DNA of 64,000 nt from Guillardia theta CCMP2712 (lineage: Eukaryota; Protista; Cryptophyta): positions 552,528 through 616,527 of the forward strand of contig NW_005434655.1 in assembly GCF_000315625.1 (NCBI RefSeq). Reading direction: 5' to 3'. This document shows, one piece after another, positions 1 through 12,625 of the stretch (within the stretch, counting starts at the first letter, position 1; the number at the start of each line of letters is the position of its first letter). The notes under the pieces were generated by a model, which had not been told where the DNA came from, did no database searches, and saw only the letters and a program-made list of their open reading frames with translations. The position numbers were made by a program, and so were the translations under genes.

Positions 1-1001
1 CAGAGCACCCCACCAAATCGGTTGACCACCCCAAATATACTACCCCTACCCCCTAGAATGCTTCTGGTTGACCAAAGTTTGTTGACATGTTCCCGCCTTC
101 CATGCTCGAACCGCATCCCCCTCCCTCCCCCCTCTCTTGCTGAACCTGTCCTCCCCTTTTCTTCTCCTTCCTATCCGGCTCTTGATACCTCCTGCTGCTG
201 GTCTCGTTCTAGATCTCTCCGCCTATTTCTCTTCTGGCTCCTCCGCTCCCTTCCCCACAACATGCCCCTCATGACTAGTCTTCATCCCCGTCCAGAGCTG
301 TTCTCGTCCTTGAAACCCGCACTGTCCCGTGTCCTGTGATTTATTCCGTGAAACATTTTTATGTCCTTGGCTGAAAATTCAAGCTTGTTTGCTTGATGCC
401 GAGATGGACCCTTCCTGTGTTCTTCGAACTTTTGTTCCCTATTCTCCTGTCCCGGCTTCTTGACACTAGTGTGGTGCCTCTTCTGCAACTGCTTTTCTCT
501 TCCTGCTTCACTCCACCAAATCTACTCGAAAATGTCAAAAAGCATATTCCTGCATGCATTTGTGTAGATTTCATGAAGAGGAAGAGAGTCGAAAATTGAT
601 GAATCGCGAACTACTTTGTTTATACCTTCTATTCCCCCGTCCTTATCTGTGTATTTTTGCGACAGAGAATTACCAATCCAAAAAAAGCTCTTATCAGTCG
701 ACTTGTATCTCTGCGCTCAGCATTCATCTTTTATCACATTCTGATGACTGATTCATTGTTTCTTCCAGCATTTGAAGCTGCCTGGCTGCTTGGCTCCTTG
801 ACCTTGTCTTCGCGGCAAGGTGCTTCTATTCGAAAGTTGGTCTAACTGTGTCTTGTCAACATCTCTTCAGCTACGATTAATCAAATATACACCCGCGAGC
901 CATCTTCAACTGGCAGCAAATATCGGAAGTGCAGTGTAGAGTCCAGTTGTTCTCACTCGGTGTTATCTTCGAAGAATACACCGAGAAAGGAAGATAGAGC
1001 T

Positions 1002-2557
1002 ATGGCTGCCCTAAAATTCAAGGAGATCGGCAATGCGCGTTACAAGGAAGGGAAATATGCAGAGGCGATCGAGGCCTATGGTAGTGCCATTGACGAAGAT
1101 CCGACGAATTGCACCTACTACAGTAACAGGGCTGCAGCGTATCTCATGCTCAAAAAATATGATGAGGCATTGAACGATTGCAAAAAGATCAGTGAATTGG
1201 ACCCTTCGTTCACAAAAGCATACACACGCGCTTCAAAGTGTTACAGTCAACGAGGGATGATTATGGAAGCCAAGGCTGTCTTGAGCGATCGCTTGAAAGA
1301 GGATGAAAGCAATGAAGAGATCTTGAAAGAATTGGAAGTGTTGAAACAGGTTGAAAATGACCTGCACCTCGCTCAAGAACACCTCAACAAAGATGACTAC
1401 GACCGGGCCAGTTACTATGTGGAACGTGTCCAGTCTCACTGTACAGATTCGTCACATGTATTGCGCATGAGAGCCGACTTATTGATTGGTCGCAAGAAGT
1501 ATGAAGATGCTGCAAGCATCTGCTGGGCTCTTCTTGCAAAGAACCGGCTGGACCCAGACTTGCTTTTCTTGCGAGGTAAGGCGCTTATGTACAGTGGGTC
1601 GACAGATCAAGCGATGAAGCATTTAGAAGAAGCTCTACGTGTTGATCCGGATCACTCGAGAGCGAAGCAGCTGAGGAAATCTTTCAAGGAAATGGAAAAG
1701 TTAAAGAACTCTGGCAACGACTTCTTCAAGGAAGGCAAATGCAATGAAGCGATCAAGCTTTATACCGAGGCAATGGAGCTAGACCCAAAGAACGCGAACT
1801 ATAATAGTACGCTCCTCTGCAATCGAGCAGCAGCAAAAATGCGGCAACGAAAGTTCAAAGAAGCCTTGGAGGATTGCAATGAAGCACTCCAACTTAACGA
1901 AACATATGTCAAAGCTGTGACAAGAAAAGCCGAATGCTTGTTGCAGATGGAGGAATACGAAGATGCAGTCCGTGAATGGGAGAAAGCGACAAATATGGAC
2001 TCAGAGAATCGTGAATACAAGGCAAAGCTTAGAGAAGCTAAGCTGGAATTGAAGAAATCCAAGCGCAAGAATTATTACAAGATCTTGGAGGTAACTAAAG
2101 ATGCAGACGAGTCGGAAATCAAGAGAGCATATAAGAAGATGGCACTCAAATTCCATCCCGATAAATGGAACAACGCAACAGACGAGGAGAAAGAGGATGC
2201 CGAGAAGCAGTTTAAGGAGATCGGCGAAGCATATTCGGTTCTCACCGACCCACAGAAACGGAGGAGATACGATGCCGGCCAGGTATGCAAGGGCGTTGTA
2301 ATGACTGCATGGGCTCACACACCGATTGCGCAGGACATTGAAGAGCTAGATGGAGGAGGAGGAGGATTCCACTCAGACATTGATCCCAATCAGGTTAATG
2401 CATTTGCTCTCTCACGAATACTTGCTGATGCAAGAAAACGCAGATCTTTGAGATGTTCATGGGTGGCGGGATGGGCGGGATGGGCGGGATGGGCGGGATG
2501 GGCGGGATGGGCGGGATGGGCGGCGGACCAGGGATGAGATTTTCCTTCAGGGGATAG
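1002..2557 (+). CDS. DNAJC7: DnaJ homolog subfamily C member 7-like co-chaperone (TPR repeats + C-terminal J domain)
   Basis: ORF 960..2537 has multiple TPRs (e.g. [29 protein letters not shown]) and a J domain with HPD (NYYKILEV...KFHPDK...[14 protein letters not shown]). Two short 3' introns lead to a GGM-repeat tail ending RFSFRG-TAG at 2555-2557. The frame is open back to an acceptor near 870, so upstream exons probably exist and the true start may lie further 5'. Confidence 0.9.
2464..2524 (+). repeat. coding 9-bp tandem repeat (GGCGGGATG)x~7 encoding (GGM)n
   Basis: Visible directly. Gly/Met tails are typical of Hsp70-system proteins. Confidence 0.9.
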
Positions 2558-2644
2558 CAGCGGAAGATGTGTAAGTACTCGCCTGATGCTGTAATTACTT
2601 AGTAGTACGTTCCACTCACAGACTTGAAACTCAACAAATGTAAT

Positions 2645-4000
2645 CAGTGACCGTACCGTACCGTCGCCGCCGTACTGAGTAACACACGGCGGCCCCGGGC
2701 CGGGCCGGGTGTGATACCGCGGCGCGACAGTGCCTGGCCTGGCCCCCGGAGTCACTCACTACGGTACCCCGGCCAGCCTCGGAGTAACCATGAACCTTAC
2801 AAGTTAGCCTAGTAGTACTAACTTCCGATGGTCAAGCACAGCGGCGACTCCGTGACCACGCCAGCTGAGTACGGTACGGTCACCGTAGTACGGTCACGGG
2901 TAGTGACACCGTGACCGTCGGTGACCGGGGCCCGGGCCGCCGGCGCGGCACACTGACAGCCGGGAGCACGGGGGTGGCCGCGGGCAGGGCCCGCGGGCCG
3001 GCCGCCCCGGCCGGGCGCCGGGCACCCGGCCGGACTTTTCAACTTGTAAAAATATTTTAAAGGTAATTTTTAGAAACATTGCGCTTAATAACTATTTTTA
3101 GCTCAAACATTGTTATCTCAAGCTCATCTCGCTGGAAAGATCCGACCTTGGCTCTGTTGGCAGAGGAACTTCTAGCGGGATAATTGCAAGAACTTTTCCG
3201 GAATTTGAGGGCCCCATCAAAACTGGAAGGTTCAGTTTTACATCAAAAGTTCAGACGTTTCGATGAACAATTTCGTAAAAGTCTACTATAAGTTCTATGT
3301 GCTTCACAGAGAATCACCCGGCGAGCTGCGACCCATAGTTTATAATAGTATTATATTCGATCAAAGGTGGGTGGAGGGTGGGGTAGGTGATGGAGCGGAG
3401 TGGTAGGGTGGTTCAGAATGTATCAAAACTGAAAGGGTAGGGTGGGGTAGCGGTGTGGGTCGAACAATCTTTCATCCCGGGGGTTCAGCTTCTGTAAGGG
3501 CCTCAAGTACCCCTTCTATGACAGGAATATTCAAGGGTACTTTTGGGTCAATAGCTTGTTTCAGTGCAGAGGGTAGGGTTGAACTCGACTGGGGTAGAAC
3601 TTCGCTGGATCAATAAAGATTGGGGTGGGTCCTTGATGGTGGAGGTCGCATAAAGGGTATACCCATCAATCAACCCTGCCCATGGGGGGTAGGGGTACCC
3701 TAGTTTCGGTCGAGGGGGTGGTTTACACTTGAGATGGTCTCATGTGGGTGGCTGTCGGTCAGTCTGGTGGGGTGTGTAAACGAAGGGGTTCTTGATGTGG
3801 GGTGGGTCATCAAGAAGGACGGGTTGGATAGGAAAAAGGTGGGGTCCGCACGTTGTAATGCAGAGGGATTCGCTGATATTCGATGGGTAGGGTGGTAAAG
3901 AAACAGGGGGTAATTGAATGGAATTTGAAGTGAGGGGGTGGGGTTGCAAGGTAGGGGTGGAGTAATCAGGCGAGAATGATGGGGAAATGGTTTGGTGGGG
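2645..4000. promoter_or_regulatory. intergenic module: GC palindromic-motif island (2645-3035), AT/AACTT linker, GGGGTA-rich tract (3365-4000)
   Basis: Dense CCGG/GGCC/GTCAC/CGTAC words, then AT-rich sequence, then a G-skewed tract with many GGGGTA/GGGTAG. Function is inferred from position only. Confidence 0.55.
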
Positions 4001-4512
4001 AGTCCACAGCGTGGAGAACAGAAGACAAGAAGACTATGGGAGAGGAGCTGATAGATCATTGCTACGAACAAAGAAGCTTGTTGTGTGGCATGTAGTCTGG
4101 TGAATCTTTAGAGTGGAACAAAGATATGGAAACTTCTCCATCGTCGTAAGGGGTTGGAGTTAGTAGCTCATACATCATACACTCCAGGGTGTGATGATGT
4201 GTGATGATAGGCGAGGTAGCTCAGGTTTGATTACACCGGATGTCTTCATTTCATCTAAATAGTTTGTGTCATTTATGTGCAGAGCGCAAAGTGTTTGATA
4301 TGATTGTGAGCCAAATACCATGTTACGGCTGCTCCATTGATGATTGACAGCTCCTCCTCCCTGTTACGCGAGCAGAATGCAATTCATCTTTCAATTGCTC
4401 ATGTCTTTTTTTTAGATGAGGGTTCCTACCAGTTCTGGCGTATCGAGAGTGGTTGACTGCTCTCGATATGCAAACGACTTCAATCAAGGCTGATTGTGCT
4501 CAGGGATCCAAC

Positions 4513-6441
4513 ATGGACGAGGTTGAGCAGCGAGAAGCTGAAAGATCCTTTGCACATGGCCGAGCACAGCATCCCAGTCCCCCTTCATTAGTGATCATGC
4601 GACAGGCTGTCAAACGAGGCACATGGCTGCCGGGACTGAATGCTGTGCTGAACGGAAGCCCTTCTCAATGTGACTGGTGCATCTCACGCCTTGGCAATAG
4701 CAGCTTCGTTCGTCGTCGTCGTCGGAGCAGCAGTCCACTGTCTATGGAGGGGGGTATCAGGTCCAGCAAGATACAGCCGCGAGTTTTGGAGGGTGTAGGG
4801 TTATTGATTATTGCTTGTTTCCAAATGCTTTCTCAATTCTTCAAGAGTTATTGCTCTTCAATTCTGATGATTGCTGTATTCCTATCCACTACATCGGCTG
4901 ATAGTGGACTTCGAAGCTCTGAATCTAGATGTGAGCGCGGGGGGGTCCCCCATGTTTCTAGCGTGGTTGGAATGCACAGTCGAGGAAGATTGTACCCCTC
5001 TAATGATCCAAGAACGAGCAGGCTGAAAGAGTTGAATGTCGGTGACGACGCGAATTGCAGCTCATGGAAAGACATCAGGATGCAGTTCAACAGAGCGATG
5101 GCGCAGCTGCAGAGCAACGCGCATCAGCCCTCTGCTAAAGAAACAGCGAAAGAGCTCAACTGCTGGCTCATGCACCTACTGTCACAACCCGACGCCAATA
5201 TGAACTCGCACGAACGGAAGGCTTTGCTCCTAAACTTGAAAAGAATCTCACAGCTGCAAAAAGAGAATCTGCGACTGAAGCTCGAGCATGCCACGAGGTC
5301 CGAAGCTCCTATTGTCAACAGCGCGAGTCAAAATTATCCTGTTCGGAAGGAGCTCGCGCCTTCGCAGAGGACAGATCGGTGTGTTGTGCAGACTGAGTTG
5401 TCAAAGCCCGGAGCCACAGTTCGCAGGAACAGCGCTGCTCAGAGCTACGCCTTTCATCGGCCAGGCGCGCGGTCGTCGGCACCGCAGGGCTCTGTGGGTA
5501 CAGCACCCTCTCCTTTCCCTCCAGGGCAGCAAGTTTCACGCAATCAGATCTGCAACAAGTTAGGGGCGTCTAATGTCATCTGTGAACAGCGAGATGCCGG
5601 AGGTCAAAGTACTGGCACAAATGGGGAGCTGGGTGCAGCTTTGCGGCAGCTGGATCAGATGCGAGAGCTGAACCGCCAGCTGGCACATGAAGTGTCGGCA
5701 CTTGTGAACGAAAACCTCCGCCTAAAGTCAGTGCTGCATCAGGTAAGAGAGTAGAAGGAAGGCCGTTATCGTCAAGACCTGACAGCTCGTTTCTCCAGGC
5801 TCAGTCGTCATTGCTTGAGGCAGCGGTTGCACAGGTTTCTCCTATGGAGGTCGCGGCGGAGAGAGCGGTACCAGATGTTGTGAAAGCAGCAGCAACCCTG
5901 CTCCACGACCGGAATGGTCCTGTGCTACAGGGTGGAACGGATCCACTCGAGAGGGGTTTAGTGATGGCGTCGGCTGCACTGTTGAAGCGCACTGGCCTGC
6001 ACGTCGGGGACAGAGTCCAACTCAAGAGGAACTTGTCAAGAGATCGGCTGGGGACAAGCGTCAACTCTACTGGGGTGATGGGTCATGTGCTGCCTGCTGG
6101 TGGTCTGTTGACGCCTGCTGCAGGGGGCGTTTCTTGGTGTGCTGATCGGGGAGGCTGGGGAGGAGGATGCAACTGTTTACCTCCACATGGATGACAACCA
6201 GGTACGTCGATCAGCTGCGGTTGTCGTCTGGTGACGGCTGGTCAGGTCCGCCAGTTCAGCTTGTCGGAGATCGACCTCCCTCAACCGCCGGAGAGCACTA
6301 CTCCAGCTGAGGTCAGTCGCACAGCACGGGGCCAGCAGTGTTAACTCTTGCGAACAGGGAGGGTCGGACGACCTGCTGGATTGCAAGGTGACAGAAAGCA
6401 ACTCAGAGGAGCAGAGCACGTTGCAAGGTCCGCCGCTCTAG
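4513..6441 (+). CDS. hypothetical coiled-coil protein, multi-exon
   Basis: Long ORF 4453..5754 with coiled-coil segments, then GT-AG-bounded exons (…LHVGDRVQLKR…, …VRQFSLSEIDLP…) ending GPPL-TAG at about 6441. Start is uncertain. Confidence 0.55.
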
Positions 6442-6768
6442 CAGGACATGTGGATATGGCAATGAAGGATCTTAGTGGGATATTAGCAAGGGTATGCAAG
6501 AGGAAAGAGGAGGGGGGGGGGCGGGAGGAGGAGGAGGAGGACGGATTCTCGGTTTTATTGTCAAAACTTCCGCTCTCCGTTGGCCGAGAAGCATGCGACT
6601 ACATTGTAGCCGGGGTTCTCCGTTCGCTGGCCGGGGGCTCCGCGAGCGCTCGAGGCGTCCCTGGCAGGAAGGGGAGAGATTCAATGCCAGAGGCGCACGC
6701 GGAAGCATCAAAAGATTTATTGAAGAAAGCAGAGGGGAGGCGAGGTGGGCTAGAGCAGCAGAATGGTC

Positions 6769-9700
6769 TTACCCCTGGTTGCCCGACTTGGCAGCGTTGG
6801 CGGCAGCCTGTGCGGCTTTTGCCTCGAGCTCCATCTTCCTCTACTGCCTCGTCACTGCGAGGAGGAGGAGGAGGAGGAGGAGACTGACCTGGGGAGCTGA
6901 AGCTATCAGAGCATGAAGAGCTGCTTGTCTGTCCTGCGGCCAATCCGACATGGACTCCTGTACCTGCAGCAGGAGGCGTCATGGGGGGCGGGGGGGAAAG
7001 AGCCTGGGGAGAGGAAACAGGAAAGAGAGGGGACGAGAGGGAGGGAGCGAGTTCGGCGTACCTTAACCCCGAAATTTTGTTGGAACTGCATGAAGATCTC
7101 ATGGAAGAACAAGACCTCGTCCACCTGCTGGTCGTTAACTCCTCCAGCAGCAGGCAAGGCGATGACTTTACATCGTCGATGGGGGTGATGTACTCGTCGT
7201 CATCGTCCTCATCGTCGGGGAACAGATCCTCCCACGCGCATCCTCCCTCCCGAAAGTTGTACAGCTTCATCAACACCTAGAGAGCAGGAAGAGGAGGAGG
7301 AAGTTAGGGCAGCAACTGTCATGGTACAGTCTCGCTCACTGAGTCCATATCCGCTCCTTCCTTGAACTCGTCCTCCTCGTCATCAACATCGAGCACGCCG
7401 TCATCCTGTCACGCCCTGTCACCCTCCTTCCATTCCCCTCCCCTTCCTCCTCCACGCACATCGTCATCCTCCTCGTCATCGTCACCCTGTCGGTTCGCAA
7501 TCTCCTCCTTGAGCTTCTTGTTGTTGGCAAGATCCTGCCGCAAGAAGTGAGCGACAGCTGCACAGGGGGGAGGAGGAAGAGCGAGATAGCAGCAGGGAGA
7601 AGTGGGGAAGGGGGGGGGGGGGGGTAAAGGAGAGCAGCAGGAGAGGAGGAGAGGAGGAGAGGAGGGAGCAGCAGCAGTGGGAGGGAAGAAGGAGGGAGGA
7701 GAAGATGTGTTCACCTCCTGCAGCTCTAAGATCGCCCGGAGGATGTGCGAGAGGCCGCCCGACACGGAGGGAGGCATATTGGGCACGGGGACCTTGAGGA
7801 TTGACGTCAAGCCGAGGATGCAGACTTTCTGATCATGAAGCCCCTTGAAGTGACTCCTGCGATCTTGGTCAGATCCTTACCGTCATCGACCCCCTGCCTC
7901 CTGCCTCCTGCCTCCTGCCTCCTGCCTCCTGCCTCCTGCCTCCTGCCTCCTGCCTCCTGCCTCCTGCCTCCTGCCTCCTGCCTCCTGCCTCCTGCCTCAC
8001 TTGATCGGTCTTTCGTCCCCTTCCTTCTTTTCTTCCAAAGCTGAGATCGCCGAGAGCCTGGTGGAGGCCAAGTGAGTTGATGACGACATGGAGGAGAACG
8101 CGAAGGGAGACAGGTGACCGAGAGAAGTTCAGGGATAGACAAGGGGGGGGGGAGGGGGAGGAGGGGGGGAGGGGGACAAGAGTGTTCACCATGCATGGAA
8201 CACGTTCACAATGGTCCCCTGCTGCTCCAACGCCGTTAAAGTTCCTTCTGCATTGTAGAAGAGACAATTGGCTATCATCTTGAACAATTCGGTGCGGCAA
8301 TACGCTCTTGACGCAGGGTTGGACAGCAATCTGACACAATCACGGTTAGCATGAGTCCTGAGTGGCAGGGGAAGAAAGAGAGACCAAGGGAGAGGAACAA
8401 AGAGTTGGCGCAAGGGAGAGGAGGAAGGAGAACGGGGTTCGAAGATGAGGAGGCAGGGTAGAGGATGAGAACGAGAGTGAGGAGAGAGAAGGAGCAGGGA
8501 AGGAGAGGAGGAGGAGGAGGAGGAGAGACAGGAGGGGAGACAGGAGGGGAGGAGAGTGGACCTCTGGCAGCTGAGCTGGAGCAGAGGAGGGATGTAGGAG
8601 TCGATGGCTCCCTTGCAGTTGAGGATGAGGCTCTCAGAAAGCTTGCAGGCCTCGACGAGGTCACGCTCCGACGAGTCCTCGTGCTGCATAACCTTGTCGA
8701 TCATGCGGTAGACCGTCAGCGGGTGCTCCGGGTTGGAGAGAAAGACGGTGGTGCTCCTGGAGATGTAGTTGTCGAGGGGGAGGTTGATGTTGGAGAGGTA
8801 GTCGAAGGCCCAGTCGAAGAAGGACTTGGTGAGGAGGGGGAAGAGGGACCAGACGCCCTCGGAGATGGTGGGGCTGTAGTAGGTCAGGTAAGTCAGGATC
8901 TCAAGGAACTCTTCCATGAACTCCATGTACACGTAGTCCCCCGTCGAGTCGGGCGACAGCACCTTGGCAAGCAGGGGCACCAGGTTGGGCTCGAGCGAGT
9001 GGTACAGCTCGGGAGTTTTCTTGATGGAGTCGAGCAGGGTCTTGATCGCCGAGCAGCACTGGGACGCAGCGATCGCCGCGTCGTCCTCCCCCTCCCCCTC
9101 CGACGACGTAAGGCGGAGGAAGTGCTCCGAGAGCCTCTGGCAGAGCTGTTGCGCGTAGGGGGCCATCTCGTCCTCGAAGCACTCGATGAGGATCTCGAGG
9201 CTTGCTATCAGCTCGTCGCTCCCCACCTCGTCGATGAGGCCGAACAGCTTGTCCAGCAGCTGCGGCAGGAACCCTGAGAGCAGCGGCAGGACTCCCGTCC
9301 TCGCTGCCCCCTCGTCCATGTCGTAGATGAAGAGCCTCAGCGCGATGGCTGCCTGGAAGCGGACCGGAAGCTCAGCGTCCTGTAGCATGTTGATGATCTC
9401 CCCCAGCACACTTTGGAAGCAGCTCGGGTCCTTGAGGATCGTGTCCACGTACTGCGAGAGCGTCCAGGCAGCTCGGCTCCTCAGGTGCCCCTTGCTGGAC
9501 TTCAGCTCGGGGATCGCGTACTTGACCAGCATGTCCCTCACGTGCCCCTCATACTGCGCCGCCATCTTCTGCTCCTGCAAGGCCCCGGCCAGCGATCCGA
9601 TGCAGTACAGGGCCCCGTCCTTGAGCCGCGCGTTCCCTCCACCCTCAGCGTAGCTCTTCATGTGGCTGATGCAGAACTCGATGGTGGGGATGAGCGTCGT

Positions 9701-11427
9701 CTTGGTCCTCTTCTTGCAGAGGTTCACGACGAGCGAACAAGCGACGGAGCGCTGGCTGGAGTAGTCCTCCAGGAAGTCATACGTCTTGCGGATGAACTCC
9801 TGAGGGTCGCTCGTCCAGAGCTCCTCGTCCTCCTCGTCGAAGCAAATCATGGGGAACAGCACGTGCGAGATCAGCGCCATGCAGTTGGGCTTGAGGAGCT
9901 TCCAGGTGATGGCCAGCGTAATGGCGATGTCGATGAAGTGAAGGCCCTCGACCACCAGCGACTCGGGGAGGAAGACGCCGTCCGCCTTCTTCGCCAGCAG
10001 CTGCATGAAGAGCTGCAGGAAGCGGTTTGCAAGCTCGTTGTGGAACGCCTGCGACAGCTGGACTTCCCCAGCTCTGTTCGCCCCGAACTGCTTCTCAGCT
10101 ACCTTGGGGCTGCCGTACTTCTCGAAGAGCCGATGGAGGATCTTGGCTGACCATCTCTTGCACTTCCAGAACACGAGCTTGTTCAGCTCATCCTTGTCAG
10201 CGTTGGGTCCTCCCTGAGCCTGCGGGGGGACCGGGGCCTCGATCACCCGGTACAGCAGCGACATCCACTCGACGAACCGACCGTAGTCTTGGAGGTAGAG
10301 GGGCACAGACTGGTGGACGCACGACCACAGGGACTTGATGATCACCTTCTGCATCTCCGCCGTCTTCTCATCCCCAGCATGTGACGACAGCGTCGCCTCC
10401 ATGAGCGCTGGCAGCCGGGGAAAGGCCTTGGACATGATCTCGTTCAGCGGCTGCTCGCGCTTGTCGTGTGCCTTATATTCGTAGTTCTTCGTCAGCACCC
10501 TGAGGGCATAGAGGGCGCCCAGGATGTGCTCGGGAGGGATGGCGGGGTCAAGTCTTGCGGTGACCTCGTCCAAGAAGTTTGGCATCTTCTCGGGAAAGTC
10601 GTTGGACGCGATTCTCCTCAAGCTCTCGGTGATGACACCTCTGCAGGACAGTGAGGAGACACCAAGAGGAGAAGAGAGGAGAGGGAAGGAGGGTACACAG
10701 CACGGCATGACCGGGCGAGGCGAGGTCGGAGGGAAGGAGCGGAAGGAGAGAAGAAGTGGAGGGCAAGTGGAGGAAGAGAGTAGAAAGGGGCATGCAGCTC
10801 TACCTGCACCGATGATCTGCCATCACGATCGCTTCTAGAATATTCTGACGGATGAAGTTCCTTTCATCGTCTGGGATCACCCAATTGCAGCCCTGCAAGA
10901 ATGCGCAAGATCAAAGACGAGCAAGGGGAAGGAGCAGCCTCCTCCTCCCCCTCCTCCTCCCCCTCCTCCCTCCTCCTCCCCCTCCCTCCTCCTCCTCCCC
11001 CTCCTCCTCCTCCTCCTCTTCCCCCCTCCTCCCCCCCTCACCTGCTCCTCCGTGGGTGTCGTCCTGTCCCAGTGCTTGTTGACCTGCGGCTTCTTCAGCG
11101 CTAAGAGATCGACACACACCCGCTCCCCCCTCCCTCCTTTGCAGCCCTGGGACGTACCAGGTTCTTGAAGTAGATGATCCCCGCCTGCTTGATCTCGATG
11201 GAGACCTCGTTGCTGTTCACCACTCGAAACAAGGATGAGATGTACCCCGGGGTCCCCTCAAAGTTCTGCCCAGGCACAAGAGTCAACGCGGACCTCTACC
11301 AACAGAACTACAGGTTTGGAATGAGTGGGGGAGGGGATACCTTCAACAACGCTTCCGCAGCCTCCCTCTCCTTCTGGTTCGGACTCAGGGTGGCGGCAAG
11401 CGCTGAGTAAATGGCCTGAAGATCCAT
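6769..11427 (-). CDS. IPO7: importin-7/8 family karyopherin (SAD2/Nmd5-like)
   Basis: N-terminus MDLQAIYSALAATLSPNQKEREAAEALLK, IBN_N motif IKQAGIIYFKNLV, WKCKRW, DEELWTSDPQEFIRK, HLRSRAAW, LPVRFQAAIAL. Acidic C-terminus with YITPID..VDEVLFF. Last exon ends SGNQG-TAA at 6769. Confidence 0.92.
7893..7998 (+). repeat. intronic 7-bp minisatellite (CCTGCCT)x~15
   Basis: Perfect tandem array inside an importin intron. Confidence 0.95.
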
Positions 11428-11859
11428 CTCCGCTCCTTCCTTTGAGAGGCTCTCCTGCAGCAACCCACGTCATCCGTGACATAAACATACTTCGGCGACA
11501 TTTCGCAAAGTGACAGCGGTAACAGTGTTGTGTGCTCAACGGGAACAACAACAGCACGCAATTCCACACATCTGTCTCACTTCAATTCTCCTGTCCTCCT
11601 AGCTGACTCAGTTTTCATGCTCAGATCCTCGTCATGGTCTTCATTCACTACTACTTAGCCTAGTCCTCAATCCAGCTCAACGATTCTTCTTCACTGACAA
11701 GATCAACCGTGACTGATGGAGTTCTTCCTCCTCGTTGAAGACTCTCCTCTCATTCAATCAGCTCTTCCTCCTCCTTCCTGCTCCCTCCATCCCGCCCTCC
11801 CGCCCTCCCGCCCCACACCGCAAGTCCTCATAGTCTTGTGCATGTACCCAAGACCGGCA

Positions 11860-12620
11860 AGGGGATCAGCATTGGATGGGGTGAGGGTAGTACCTCTGTG
11901 GGACTAATCCATGGGGGTGGGGTAGTCTATTTCAAAGGGGTGATCGTCAAAACTTTGTGTGAAAAGTAGGGGTAAAATCAAAGAAAATGAGGGGTAGTGA
12001 AAAAGATTCAGGGGTGATAAAGGATAGTGGGTGGGTATGTTAGTGGGTACAGATACGCGAACTACCCCCCTTTCCGTAAGGTTTACCATAGTGGTGGGGT
12101 GATAATACAGGCTGAGAGGGGGGTGGTAGGATGGGGGTGAGGGGTGCACGTGAAGAATATCATTTTACTTATCGAGTTGCATTTCCAGTCTGCCTCAGCA
12201 TCTTGGATTCTCAAATTATGAAGACAGCAATATTCAAATACGCGACACTCATTGAATGAAACTTCCCTGTCTACCTCCGACATGACGGCGGCGCGGGCCC
12301 GTTGGCTTTCCGTCACCTTGAACAAGTCACTCCACCGTCATCACCGTGACCGCCGGCTCCGTGAGGGCCCAATGAGTCAGTAATAGTCACACTCTGAGTG
12401 AAGTCACAGTGATCGGACGGGCCCGTCCGTCACTGACTCAGTGAGAGTCACAGTCCGGAGCTCGCACTGTCACGGCGCCAGGGCCGCTTGAGTCAGTGAA
12501 AACCGCCGGCAACTTGAAAGTTTACTCAGTGACGGTACTACGGCGGCAAGTTTTGAAGACTTGTTGCTGACTGAGCCTCGGAGCTCCAGCGGCACCGATC
12601 TTGAGGCAGCGGACTCTCCG
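11860..12620. promoter_or_regulatory. intergenic module: GGGGTA tract (11860-12150) + TGAGTCA/GTCAC/CCGG island (12280-12620)
   Basis: Lies between the channel stop (12626) and the importin start. Many TGAGTCA/CAGTGA/GTCAC words. Confidence 0.55.
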
Positions 12621-12625
12621 ATGGC

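Noticed and set aside
2645-3035. GC islands as coding ORFs or as a MITE family
   Set aside because: The ORFs are low-complexity Pro/Gly/Arg/Ala artefacts. No shared TIRs, TSDs or alignable sequence between islands were visible by eye.
3365-4000. Interstitial telomeric repeat
   Set aside because: GGGGTA words are dispersed, not a tandem array of a fixed unit.
4170-4260. C/D-box snoRNA (GTGATGA twice)
   Set aside because: No suitably placed CTGA D box or terminal stem.
8465-10150. Long plus-strand ORFs (270 aa, 245 aa)
   Set aside because: Antisense shadows of the GC3-rich importin exon.
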